Assembly: GCA_964536865.1 (NCBI GenBank) | Contig: CAZHYN010000013.1 | Span: 14,513 to 46,512, forward strand | Source of the DNA: an uncultured Planctomycetia bacterium | GTDB taxonomy: Bacteria; Omnitrophota; Gorgyraeia; Duberdicusellales; 4484-171 | Reading direction: 5' to 3' | DNA: 32,000 nt | Part shown: piece by piece, positions 24,316-32,000 of the stretch | How positions within the stretch are numbered: the stretch's first letter is position 1 | Layout of the letters: every line of letters starts with the position of its first letter | Translations under genes and position numbers: made by a program | The notes under the pieces: generated by a model | Seen by the model: only the letters and a program-made list of their open reading frames with translations | Told to the model about the DNA's origin: nothing | Database searches by the model: none

Positions 24316-25302
24316 ATGGTAGAGGAGACTTTCCTAAAGGCTTTATCCCGACATCAACTCTTAAGATCAAGAGATAAAGTTATCTTGGGAGTTTCGGGGG
24401 GGCCAGATTCGGTATGTATGCTTTATCTTTTCTCTCAGATAAGAGATAAGTTCAAACTTAAATTACTGTGTGCACATTTTAATCACTGTTTGAGAGAAGA
24501 AGCAAAGAGTGAAGAGGAGTTTGTGGAAAAGATATGTAACCAATGGAAGATAGATTTTGTGAGTGAGAAAAAAGATGTTAAGAAATTTTTTAATGGAAAC
24601 TCTTTAGAACAGACTGCTCGAAATCTAAGATTCGATTTCTTTTTAAAGTGTGCAAGGAGATATAAATTTAAAAAGTTAGCATTGGCTCATAACAAAGATG
24701 ATGTAATAGAAACTATTCTTATGAGAATAATAAGAGGAGCAGCCCTTAAGGGTTTAAGGGGGATATCGCCGAAAACAAAATTTAAAAATATTATTATAGT
24801 GAGACCACTTATTGAGATAAGAAAAAAAGAAATTTTAGATTGGCTGAAGAAAAAAAATATCCCTTACCGAGTAGATAGAAGTAACTTTGAAGATAAGTTT
24901 TTCAGGAACAAAATAAGGTTGAAACTTCTTCCTATTTTAGAAGAGTTTAACCCCAATATAGTTAATGTGCTCTTTACCTTGGCAAAAGCTACCTCTTTAG
25001 ATTACGAGTTTATTTATTCCTTTACTAAAGAACAGTTTGCTCATCTAAAAAAACAGAGAGGGAAAGGATATATAAGGCTAAATATAGATGAGATAAAAAA
25101 ACTTCCTGAGTCTATAATAGTTAATCTCTTGCGATTAGCGGTAGAGGAAGTTAAAGGAGATACTAGGAGATTAACATTCAGGCATTTTGAGCAAGCTCTA
25201 GAGTTAATTCACAGGAAGGATTCCTATGGGAGTTTGGATTTACCACTCTTGGAGGTGAAAAAAGAGGATAGATGGCTTACAATCAAGTCCTTGCTTTTTT
25301 GA
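24316..25302 (+). CDS. tilS: tRNA(Ile)-lysidine synthetase
   Basis: PP-loop GVSGGPDS, plus NHCLR and LAHNKDD motifs. 328 aa. Confidence 0.9.
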   Translation: MVEETFLKALSRHQLLRSRDKVILGVSGGPDSVCMLYLFSQIRDKFKLKLLCAHFNHCLREEAKSEEEFVEKICNQWKIDFVSEKKDVKKFFNGNSLEQTARNLRFDFFLKCARRYKFKKLALAHNKDDVIETILMRIIRGAALKGLRGISPKTKFKNIIIVRPLIEIRKKEILDWLKKKNIPYRVDRSNFEDKFFRNKIRLKLLPILEEFNPNIVNVLFTLAKATSLDYEFIYSFTKEQFAHLKKQRGKGYIRLNIDEIKKLPESIIVNLLRLAVEEVKGDTRRLTFRHFEQALELIHRKDSYGSLDLPLLEVKKEDRWLTIKSLLF

Positions 25303-25326
25303 AAGTATAAATTATAATGAATAGGT

Positions 25327-27201
25327 ATGAATAACCGAAGCGGTAAAGATAAGAGACCTTCTTCTGAATTCAAATTTATGAAGGGGATAATTCTCTGGCT
25401 CCTTTTATTTTTAGGATTAATGTGGCTTTTTAGTTCCCTCCTTCCAAACTTTATGGGAACGGTAGAAAAGTTGAACTATAACGAGTTCTATTATCTTTTA
25501 GAGAATAATTTAAAAGAATCTAATATAGAATGGGTTAAGAAGACCGATAACTTGATTCAAGGACAATTTACCTCACGGAGGGGAGGGAAGAGATTCTATG
25601 TTTATGTTCCTCAGGAAGACAAAGAGCTTATTAAGTTGCTTAAGAGGAATGTTAAAAAATTTGAGATAGAACCTCCCAAGACTATTTGGGCGAATCTTTT
25701 TTACTCTTTAGGACCGATGATTTTGATTATTCTGTTCCTTTGGTACTTTGCCTACCGAGGTTCTCAAATAGGCTCTCGAGTATGGTCATTTGGGAGAGCA
25801 AGGACTCATATGATTGAAAAGGGAAAGACGCCTAAAGTTACTTTCCGGGATGTGGCAGGAATAGACGAAGCTAAAGAAGAGTTAGGAGAGGTAATTGAGT
25901 TTTTAAAAGACCCTAAGAGATTTCAAAGACTAGGAGGGAGGATTCCTAAAGGAGTTATCCTAGTAGGTCCTCCGGGCTGTGGGAAGACTTTATTAGCTAA
26001 GGCTGTAGCGGGAGAAGCAGATGTACCTTTTTTTAGTATAAGTGGCTCTGATTTTGTTGAACTCTTTGTAGGGGTAGGAGCAAGTAGGGTACGTGATCTT
26101 TTCGACCAGGCCAAAAAAGCAGCTAAATTAGGAGGAAGAGGAGCAATTATTTTTATTGACGAAATAGATGCTGTAGGGAGGCAGCGCTTTGCAGGAATTG
26201 GAGGAGGGCATGATGAAAGAGAGCAAACATTAAATCAGTTACTAGTTGAGATGGATGGATTTCAGACCGAAGAGGGAATTATCGTGTTAGCAGCTACCAA
26301 CCGTCCCGATGTTTTAGATCCTGCTTTACTTAGACCAGGAAGATTTGATAGGCACATTGTTATTGATGCTCCAGATATAAAAGGAAGAGAAGAGATATTG
26401 AGAGTGCATACCCGAAAGATAAAATTAGCCAGCGATGTAGATCTAAATGTGCTTGCTAAACAAACTCCAGGATTCTCTGGTGCAGATTTAGAGAACCTTT
26501 GTAATGAAGCAGCCCTTTTAGCAGCAAGGAAGGGGAAAGAGGCAGTGGAAATGGAGGAGCTGCAGGAAGCAATAGAAAGAGTGGTAGCTGGTCCTCAAAG
26601 AAAGAGTAAGGTAATTTCTAAAAAAGAGAAAGAGATCATTGCCTATCATGAGGCAGGACATGCTCTCCTTTCCTTATACCTTCCTGGGGTAGATCCTCTT
26701 CATAAGGTTTCCATTGTGCCTAGGGGGGTGAGTGCTTTAGGGTATACTATGCAGTTACCTTCTCAAGACAGGTACATTTTGACAAAGTCAGAACTTCTGG
26801 ACAGAATATGTGTTTTGTTAGGGGGAAGGGCTTCTGAGGAGTTAATTTTAAAAGATATTACTAGTGGTGCACAGAATGATTTAGAGATGGCTACAAAGCT
26901 TGCTCGGAGGATGGTTACGGAGCTGGGGATGAGTTCCAAACTGGGCCATCTTACCTTAGGGAAAAAAGAAGGATCGGTATTCTTAGGTAGAGATCTCATA
27001 GAGCGGAAAGATTACTCTGATGAGACAGCAAGATTAATAGACCAGGAGGTCAAGAAAATCGTTGATGAGGCCTACGATAAGGCCAAGAGAATAATAGGAG
27101 AACATTTAGACAAACTTAAGCTTTTAGCAACTAAACTCTTAGAAAAAGAGGTATTAGATTCTCAGGAAGTAAAGGAAATTGTAGGATTTGAGAATGCCTA
27201 A
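25327..27201 (+). CDS. ftsH: ATP-dependent zinc metalloprotease FtsH
   Basis: Two N-terminal TM segments, Walker A GPPGCGKT, Walker [12 protein letters not shown] region [19 protein letters not shown] and HEAGHA zinc site. Confidence 0.95.
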   Translation: MNNRSGKDKRPSSEFKFMKGIILWLLLFLGLMWLFSSLLPNFMGTVEKLNYNEFYYLLENNLKESNIEWVKKTDNLIQGQFTSRRGGKRFYVYVPQEDKELIKLLKRNVKKFEIEPPKTIWANLFYSLGPMILIILFLWYFAYRGSQIGSRVWSFGRARTHMIEKGKTPKVTFRDVAGIDEAKEELGEVIEFLKDPKRFQRLGGRIPKGVILVGPPGCGKTLLAKAVAGEADVPFFSISGSDFVELFVGVGASRVRDLFDQAKKAAKLGGRGAIIFIDEIDAVGRQRFAGIGGGHDEREQTLNQLLVEMDGFQTEEGIIVLAATNRPDVLDPALLRPGRFDRHIVIDAPDIKGREEILRVHTRKIKLASDVDLNVLAKQTPGFSGADLENLCNEAALLAARKGKEAVEMEELQEAIERVVAGPQRKSKVISKKEKEIIAYHEAGHALLSLYLPGVDPLHKVSIVPRGVSALGYTMQLPSQDRYILTKSELLDRICVLLGGRASEELILKDITSGAQNDLEMATKLARRMVTELGMSSKLGHLTLGKKEGSVFLGRDLIERKDYSDETARLIDQEVKKIVDEAYDKAKRIIGEHLDKLKLLATKLLEKEVLDSQEVKEIVGFENA

Positions 27202-27207
27202 TTTTAG

Positions 27208-28419
27208 ATGAGAGTAATTCCTATAGATGTAAAGAACTTAACTCATGCTTATAAGATTATGGATTCCTTAGGTGTAGACAGAGAAGGTATAAAGATAATG
27301 GCTCCTAAAGGCATCTTTAGAGTTTTTAAGATCGAAGGGATAGATTCAGTAGGTGCCAATATAGTAAAGCAACATCTCCTTTCCTTAGGGGCTGAAGCAA
27401 GTTTGCCTCGAGGAGCGTTAACTAAGAAGATTTCTACAGAGATGATTATCTTTGCCACTCTTTCTCAGCTTAAAAGAGTCATTCCTAAACTAAAAAGACA
27501 AGGATTTGGTCTAAAAGAATTAGGAGAAAAATTAGCTACTCTTGTTAAGGAGAAGAAAAATCACTTATTGGTAGCTAGAGATAAAAAAGTGCTCATTAAA
27601 AAACCTATAGTTTGTGGAATTATAAATCTTACTCCTGATTCTTTCAGTGGAGATGGGATTTTTAAAGAATCTTTATACTCTTCCACTAAAACTAAGTATA
27701 TAGTCTTAAAAAAGGTAGAGGCAATGGTAAAAAATGGAGCAAAAATGATTGATGTGGGAGGAGAATCTAGCCGTCCCTTCTCCCAAAGAATAAGTCCAGA
27801 GGAGGAGGTAAAGAGAGTAATTCCTTACTTTAAAGAGATAAGAAAGCGATTTCCTTCAATTTTACTTTCTATTGATACTTACAAGTATAGAGTTGCTAAG
27901 GAAGCAGTTAACGAAGGTGCAGATATCATAAATGATATTACTGCTTTAAGAGATTCTCCTCAGATTCTCTCTTTGGTTAAAAAGTATAGATTAGGATGCA
28001 TTTTAATGCATATGAAGGGTACACCTCAAACTATGCAGATTAGACCTTTCTATAAAGATGTAGTTAGAGAGATTATAAGTTTTCTAGAAGAACGAGTAGA
28101 TTTCTGTTTGGAGAAAGGAGTAGAGAAGACTCAACTCCTGATAGACCCCGGGATAGGATTTGGTAAACGTCTCCAGGACAATATCGAGATTCTTGCTCGG
28201 TTAAGAGAATTTAAAACTTTAGGGTTACCTATTTTCTTAGGAGTTTTCCGAAAGTCCTTTATTGGTCAGATTCTGAATCTTCCTGTAGAAGAAAGGTTAA
28301 TCGGTAGTGTAGCAGCAGTAATCTGGGCTATTCTTAAAGGAGCCAATATTTTAAGAGTTCATGATGTAAAAGAAACCTATCAGGCTCTCAAAATTATTGA
28401 GAGGTTGGCAAGAAACTAA
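27208..28419 (+). CDS. folP: dihydropteroate synthase with a ~130-aa N-terminal extension
   Basis: The pterin-binding domain starts near IVCGIINLTPDSFSGDG. It also has DVGGESSRP, INDITA, DPGIGFGK and RVHDV motifs. The N-terminal 130 aa are unassigned. Confidence 0.85.
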   Translation: MRVIPIDVKNLTHAYKIMDSLGVDREGIKIMAPKGIFRVFKIEGIDSVGANIVKQHLLSLGAEASLPRGALTKKISTEMIIFATLSQLKRVIPKLKRQGFGLKELGEKLATLVKEKKNHLLVARDKKVLIKKPIVCGIINLTPDSFSGDGIFKESLYSSTKTKYIVLKKVEAMVKNGAKMIDVGGESSRPFSQRISPEEEVKRVIPYFKEIRKRFPSILLSIDTYKYRVAKEAVNEGADIINDITALRDSPQILSLVKKYRLGCILMHMKGTPQTMQIRPFYKDVVREIISFLEERVDFCLEKGVEKTQLLIDPGIGFGKRLQDNIEILARLREFKTLGLPIFLGVFRKSFIGQILNLPVEERLIGSVAAVIWAILKGANILRVHDVKETYQALKIIERLARN

Positions 28420-29180
28420 TGGAATTACTAGCTAAGTTATTAAATTGGAAAGCAATAATAGAGGTTTTAATTTTATGGTTTGTTATCTACCGAATATTCT
28501 TATTCCTAAAAGGAACAAAGGCAGTTTATCTTCTAAGAGGTATAGTTATCTTAGTCATTTCTTTCTTTATATTTCAAAGGTTAGGGTTTCATGTGCTAAG
28601 CTGGTTATTAACTAAATTTTTTGCTTTCTTTTTACTCTTAGTAGTAATTATTTTTCAGCCTGAGTTGAGAGAGGGGCTTATCCGTTTAGGGAAGAGACAT
28701 TTTTTTCCTTTGGAATTAGGGAAGGAGGAAATCGAGAAAGCAATTAAGGAGATTGTTACTGCAGTAGGGAATATGGCAAAAAGAAAAATAGGAGCACTTA
28801 TAGCTATCAAAAGAGAAATAGGACTTAGAAATATAGTGGAGACAGGAGTAATTCTAAATGCTCAGATAAGTAGTGAGCTTTTAGAGAATATATTTTATCC
28901 CTTAGCACCTCTTCATGATGGAGGAGTAGTGATAGATGGAAATTTAATAGTGAGTGCTGCCTGTCTTTTTCCTATTTCTGATAATCCTAATCTGGAGAAA
29001 ACCTTAGGGATGCGTCATAGAGCAGCTGTAGGACTTTCTGAACATTCCGATGCTGTTGTGGTAACAGTTTCTGAAGAAAGTGGGGCGATATCCTTAGCTA
29101 TAAATGGTCAGCTCACCAGAAATCTTTCTGGAGAGGAGTTGTTTACTATTCTTAAGGGGCAGTTGAGGAAAGAAAAATGA
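28419..29180 (+). CDS. cdaA: diadenylate cyclase (c-di-AMP synthase), membrane-anchored CdaA type
   Basis: Three N-terminal TM helices followed by a DAC domain: GALIAI, LHDGGVVI, GMRHRAAVGLSEHSDAVVVTVSEESG. Confidence 0.9.
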   Translation: MELLAKLLNWKAIIEVLILWFVIYRIFLFLKGTKAVYLLRGIVILVISFFIFQRLGFHVLSWLLTKFFAFFLLLVVIIFQPELREGLIRLGKRHFFPLELGKEEIEKAIKEIVTAVGNMAKRKIGALIAIKREIGLRNIVETGVILNAQISSELLENIFYPLAPLHDGGVVIDGNLIVSAACLFPISDNPNLEKTLGMRHRAAVGLSEHSDAVVVTVSEESGAISLAINGQLTRNLSGEELFTILKGQLRKEK

Positions 29181-29311
29181 AAGTAAAGATAAAATTAAAT
29201 TTTAGGACTTTCCTGATTCATAATTTCTGGTTAAAGATAATCTCTTTCATCATAGCTGTCATTACTTGGCTTTATGTTAATGGAGAAATTATGCGAGGAA
29301 TAAGAATATGA
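29177..29311 (+). CDS. 44-codon small membrane ORF resembling only the N-terminal anchor of CdaR/YbbR
   Basis: MKVKIKLNFRTFLIHNFWLKIISFIIAVITWLYVNGEIMRGIRI. ATGA overlaps at both ends (with cdaA and pdxJ). The NxxLKxxSxxxAxxxWxYV pattern is like the YbbR-domain protein N-terminus. It is below the ORF-track size cut-off. Confidence 0.5.
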   Translation: MKVKIKLNFRTFLIHNFWLKIISFIIAVITWLYVNGEIMRGIRI

Positions 29312-30039
29312 AGTTAGGAGTTAACATAGATCATATTGCTACCTTAAGAGAAGCAAGAAAAACTATTTATCCTGATCCAGTTGTAGGAGCGTTATTAGCA
29401 GAGCATGCAGGATGTGATTCTATAGTAGCTCACTTAAGAGAGGATAGGCGTCACATAAAAGAAAGAGACATTATCCTCATTCGCAGAGCAGTTGGTATAC
29501 CATTTAATCTGGAAATGTCTACTAATAAAGAGATTGTTGCTTTCGCCTGTAATCTAAAACCACATAAAGCTACTCTTGTTCCGGAAAGAAGGAAAGAGCT
29601 AACTACCGAAGGAGGCTTGGATTTAATTACTTACTATAGTAAAGTTAAGAAAGTAGTGGATAAGTTAAAAAGAGAAGGTATCGAAGTAAGTATTTTTATC
29701 GACCCTTCAAAATCACAGATAGATAGAGCAAAACGTTTAGGAGTGGAAGTTATAGAGTTTAATACAGGAAGGTACTCCGAGAGTAAAAGTAAGAAAGAAA
29801 GAAAAAGTCGTCTTACTAAAGTTAAGGAAGCCGCTAAGTATGCTAAAAGAGAAGGTTTCTTCGTTGCTGGAGGCCACGGCTTAAATTATGAGAATGTAGG
29901 AGAGATAGCTAGGATAAGAGAAATTGAGGAGTTAAATATTGGTCATGCCATAATCTCACGAGGGATATTTGTAGGATTGGTATCTGCGGTAGAAGAGATG
30001 ATTAAGGTTATTAGAAGGAATAGGCGATTAAAAACTTAA
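29308..30039 (+). CDS. pdxJ: pyridoxine 5'-phosphate synthase
   Basis: LGVNIDHIATLREAR start, HLREDRRH, the ATLVPE region, EFNTG and GHGLNY. Confidence 0.9.
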   Translation: MKLGVNIDHIATLREARKTIYPDPVVGALLAEHAGCDSIVAHLREDRRHIKERDIILIRRAVGIPFNLEMSTNKEIVAFACNLKPHKATLVPERRKELTTEGGLDLITYYSKVKKVVDKLKREGIEVSIFIDPSKSQIDRAKRLGVEVIEFNTGRYSESKSKKERKSRLTKVKEAAKYAKREGFFVAGGHGLNYENVGEIARIREIEELNIGHAIISRGIFVGLVSAVEEMIKVIRRNRRLKT

Positions 30040-30043
30040 AGAA

Positions 30044-30397
30044 ATGGTAATAGGGGTAGGAATAGATATAGTAAAGATAGAGAAGTTAAAACAGGCAGTA
30101 CAAAAATGGGGGCCTCTTTTCTTGAGCAGGATTTTTAACTCTCAGGAGTTGGAGAATATTCAGGAAGGTAAGATTTACTATCAGCGTTTAGCAGCAAGGT
30201 TTGCAGCTAAGGAGGCGATAATAAAGGCACTCTCTAAAAATTACCCTTTAGTTCTGAAAGACATTCTTATCCTCAATAGAAAGAATGGAGCTCCTTACTG
30301 TGAGGTAAAGAAAAAAATTGATTTAGATATTTTTCTCTCTATAGCTCACATAGAGGACTATGCGGTTGCCTGTGCAGTTGCTCAGAAGAAAATCTGA
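30044..30397 (+). CDS. acpS: holo-[acyl-carrier-protein] synthase
   Basis: IGVGIDIVKIEK start, FAAKEAIIKAL and SIAHIEDYAVA. 117 aa. Confidence 0.9.
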   Translation: MVIGVGIDIVKIEKLKQAVQKWGPLFLSRIFNSQELENIQEGKIYYQRLAARFAAKEAIIKALSKNYPLVLKDILILNRKNGAPYCEVKKKIDLDIFLSIAHIEDYAVACAVAQKKI

Positions 30398-31208
30398 TAG
30401 CCATAAAGGGGACTATGGGCATTTGCTTATCATAGGAGGATCTCCTGGACTTACAGGAGCGGTGTGTTTGGCAGCACAGGCCGCTTTAAGGATTGGTGCA
30501 GGATTAGTCACAGTAGGTATTCCTGAGTCATTAAATCTAATCTTTGAGATTAAGCTAACTGAAGTGATGAGTTTACCTCTTCCCGAGACATCCTCCCATG
30601 CTATCTCTTTTAAGTCCTTTAATAAGATAAAAGAGTTTACTACCAGGATTGATGCTTTGGTTATTGGAGTAGGGGCTGCTCAAGCCCCCTCCACTAAGAG
30701 ACTGATTCTTAAGGTAATTGAGGAGATAGATAAGCCTAAGGTAGTTGATGCCGATGGGATAAATGCTTTAGCCGGTGATTTAAAAGTCTTAGAGAAAAGG
30801 CTAAATGATCTAGTTCTTACTCCGCATCTAGGAGAATTTTCTCGTTTAATTAAGAGAGATATTGATTTTATAAGAAGTAATAGAAAACACCTTGCTAAGG
30901 AATTTGCTCTTCGGTATAATTTAATCCTTGTGTTAAAAGGGAGTAGAACCTTAGTTACCGATGGACATAGGCTCTTTGAGAATACTACGGGAAACCCAGG
31001 GATGGCTACTGCTGGAATGGGTGATGTACTTACAGGAATAATTGGAGGGTTGGTAGTTCAGGGGTTAAATCTTTTTGAAGCAGCCAAGATAGGAGTTTAC
31101 CTTCATGGTTTAGCAGGAGACTATGCTGCTAAAGAGAAAACACAGCTTTCCTTGATTGCTTCCTATGTGATTGAGTATCTGCCTAGGGCAATAAAGGAGA
31201 GTAGCTAA
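30360..31208 (+). CDS. nnrD: ADP-dependent NAD(P)H-hydrate dehydratase (YjeF C-terminal domain only)
   Basis: SHKGDYGHLLIIGGS, LTPHLGEF, LKGSRTLV and GMATAGMGDVLTG. The start is uncertain: the ATG at 30360 lies 38 nt inside acpS. Confidence 0.85.
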   Translation: MRLPVQLLRRKSDSHKGDYGHLLIIGGSPGLTGAVCLAAQAALRIGAGLVTVGIPESLNLIFEIKLTEVMSLPLPETSSHAISFKSFNKIKEFTTRIDALVIGVGAAQAPSTKRLILKVIEEIDKPKVVDADGINALAGDLKVLEKRLNDLVLTPHLGEFSRLIKRDIDFIRSNRKHLAKEFALRYNLILVLKGSRTLVTDGHRLFENTTGNPGMATAGMGDVLTGIIGGLVVQGLNLFEAAKIGVYLHGLAGDYAAKEKTQLSLIASYVIEYLPRAIKESS

Positions 31209-31217
31209 AATATCTCT

Positions 31218-31289
31218 GCCCAGGTAGCTCAACGGTAGAGCAGGGGTTTTGTAAACCTCAGGTTGGAGGTTCGAATCCTCTCCTGGGCT
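31218..31289 (+). tRNA. tRNA-Thr (UGU)
   Basis: Acceptor GCCCAGG/CCTGGGC, anticodon arm GGGGT-TTTGTAA-ACCTC and T-arm GGAGG-TTCGAAT-CCTCT. CCA is not encoded. Confidence 0.9.
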
Positions 31290-31298
31290 TAAAAGTTA

Positions 31299-31383
31299 AT
31301 TACAGATTACAGATTACAAATTACAAATTACAAATTACAGATTACAGATTAATCTGAAATTTGTAATTGGTCAATTTGTAATT
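31299..31383. repeat. heptanucleotide microsatellite (ATTACAR x7) followed by two inverted TTTGTAAT copies, forming a long AT-rich hairpin
   Basis: Units at 31299, 31306, 31313, 31320, 31327, 31334 and 31341 read G,G,A,A,A,G,G at position 7. Palindrome CAGATTAATCTG at 31345-31356. Inverted copies at 31358-31369 and 31374-31383, and a T6 run at 31386-31391. Confidence 0.9.
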
Positions 31384-31391
31384 AATTTTTT

Positions 31392-31474
31392 GGGCAGGTT
31401 CCCGAGTGGACAAAGGGGGCAGACTGTAAATCTGCTGCGCTTGCGCTTCGGAGGTTCGAATCCTCCCCTGCCCA
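31392..31474 (+). tRNA. tRNA-Tyr (GUA), long variable arm
   Basis: Acceptor GGGCAGG/CCTGCCC, anticodon arm GCAGA-CTGTAAA-TCTGC, variable stem GCGC-TT-GCGC and T-arm GGAGG-TTCGAAT-CCTCC. CCA is not encoded. Confidence 0.9.
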
Positions 31475-31652
31475 ATACATCATAGGGGTTCTCCCCCTCT
31501 TGACGCCACACCTCAAAGTGGATTTGAAGAGGAAAAATTTCGGTGTGGCTGTCACCCCGAAGTAGTTATCGGGGAAGTAAATTTTTTCTTCTTTGAAGTT
31601 ATTTCAGAGTATCAATGAGATAAAAGTATAAATATTGAAGAAAGATAGGGAT

Positions 31653-31862
31653 ATGAAATTTATAAGAATAGCAACGGTGAGTAAAGTCGCTCAATTAGCG
31701 ATAGTAAAATCACTTCTTGAGAGTGCAAAAATTCCTTATTATGTAACTAACGAATATTTTAGTACCCTTTATGGAGGAGCAGATGGATTAACAAAGATGG
31801 ATGTACTTGTAAATGAAGAAGATTTAGAAGAGGCCAGAAATATATTAAAGGATTTTTTATGA
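31653..31862 (+). CDS. small DUF2007-like protein (putative signal-transducing protein fold)
   Basis: MKFIRIATVSKVAQLAIVKSLLESAKIPYYV...VLVNEEDLEEARNILKDF resembles the DUF2007 pattern (hydrophobic start, ...A..I...LE..GI......., V.V...D...A...L). ATG at 31653 is preferred over TTG at 31635. Confidence 0.6.
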   Translation: MKFIRIATVSKVAQLAIVKSLLESAKIPYYVTNEYFSTLYGGADGLTKMDVLVNEEDLEEARNILKDFL

Positions 31863-31901
31863 ATAAAACTCGAGGCGGAAGTTCGATATCCGATTTTGTT
31901 T

Positions 31902-31972
31902 GCGGGCGTAGTTCAGTGGTAGAACGCAAGCTTCCCAAGCTTGTCATGGCGGTTCGATTCCGCTCGCCCGCT
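31902..31972 (+). tRNA. tRNA-Gly (CCC)
   Basis: Acceptor GCGGGCG/CGCCCGC, anticodon arm CAAGC-TTCCCAA-GCTTG and T-arm GGCGG-TTCGATT-CCGCT. Discriminator U. CCA is not encoded. Confidence 0.9.
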
Positions 31973-32000
31973 TTGTTAAGCTTATTATTCAATGCTTAAG

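Noticed and set aside
5905-27458. Other short antisense ORFs from the track (5905-6120, 7248-7505, 15771-15968, 16891-17100, 19316-19570, 25923-26114, 26763-26999, 27249-27458; also 31759-31992)
   Set aside because: Each is fully embedded opposite a well-supported CDS (or tRNA-Gly) with strong motifs. Their products are low-complexity and they lack start context.
30360-30397. 38-nt overlap between acpS and the NAD(P)H-hydrate dehydratase gene as a possible fusion or recoding site
   Set aside because: The two genes are in different frames and both products look complete. The overlap is most simply explained by uncertainty over the dehydratase start codon.
31299-31383. Possible CRISPR array or minisatellite of larger units
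   Set aside because: The units are only 7 bp, directly abutting with no spacers, and no cas genes are present. This is a microsatellite/hairpin, not a CRISPR array.
31876-31899. tRNA T-arm-like fragment (CGGAAGTTCGATATCCG) just upstream of tRNA-Gly, as a possible tRNA remnant or attachment-site scar
   Set aside because: Only a 4-5 bp stem with a GTTCGAT-like loop is present and no acceptor or anticodon arms. Followed by ATTTTGTTT, it may simply be a weak terminator for the DUF2007 gene.

Overview
AT-rich, densely packed bacterial chromosomal window, mostly + strand with many ATGA/short overlaps. Gene content (GT9 heptosyltransferase, PdxJ, type IV pilus parts) suggests a diderm-type, probably uncultivated lineage, but I cannot assign taxonomy from sequence alone.

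Layout:
(1) 19-8559: type IV pilus/T2SS-like locus. It holds a coiled-coil membrane protein, a TPR protein, PilB/GspE ATPase and PilC/GspF platform. An embedded signalling module follows: histidine kinase, PilZ, receiver-only response regulator and a T2SSE_N-PilZ fusion. Next comes a 420-bp intergenic region with what reads as a c-di-GMP-I (GEMM-I) riboswitch plus a strong intrinsic terminator, then a type IV pilin gene.
(2) 8596-17209: envelope glycosylation block. Two tandem minus-strand TMTC/PMT-like GT-C + TPR paralogs share a 441-bp 100% identical segment. A GT2 polyprenyl-phosphate sugar synthase is divergent from them, followed by GT9, GT4, a methyltransferase and a flippase-like membrane protein.
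(3) 17308-20719: ribE, tRNA-Pro, tmRNA (ssrA), FmdB zinc ribbon, DUF123/GIY-YIG, a third PilZ and a radical SAM gene.
(4) 20716-31208: housekeeping genes. These are frameshifted yggS, an MBL hydrolase, mpg, a B12-radical SAM gene (minus strand), tilS, ftsH, folP, cdaA, a 44-codon CdaR-like remnant, pdxJ, acpS and nnr dehydratase.
(5) 31218-31972: tRNA-Thr, a 7-bp microsatellite/hairpin, tRNA-Tyr, a DUF2007 gene and tRNA-Gly.

I saw no CRISPR array, transposase, integrase or recognisable defence system. The most interesting signal is the concentration of c-di-GMP sensing (riboswitch, three PilZ domains, T2SSE_N domains) around a pilin that sits next to a GT-C glycosylation module. All calls come from reading motifs by eye. 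No searches were run.
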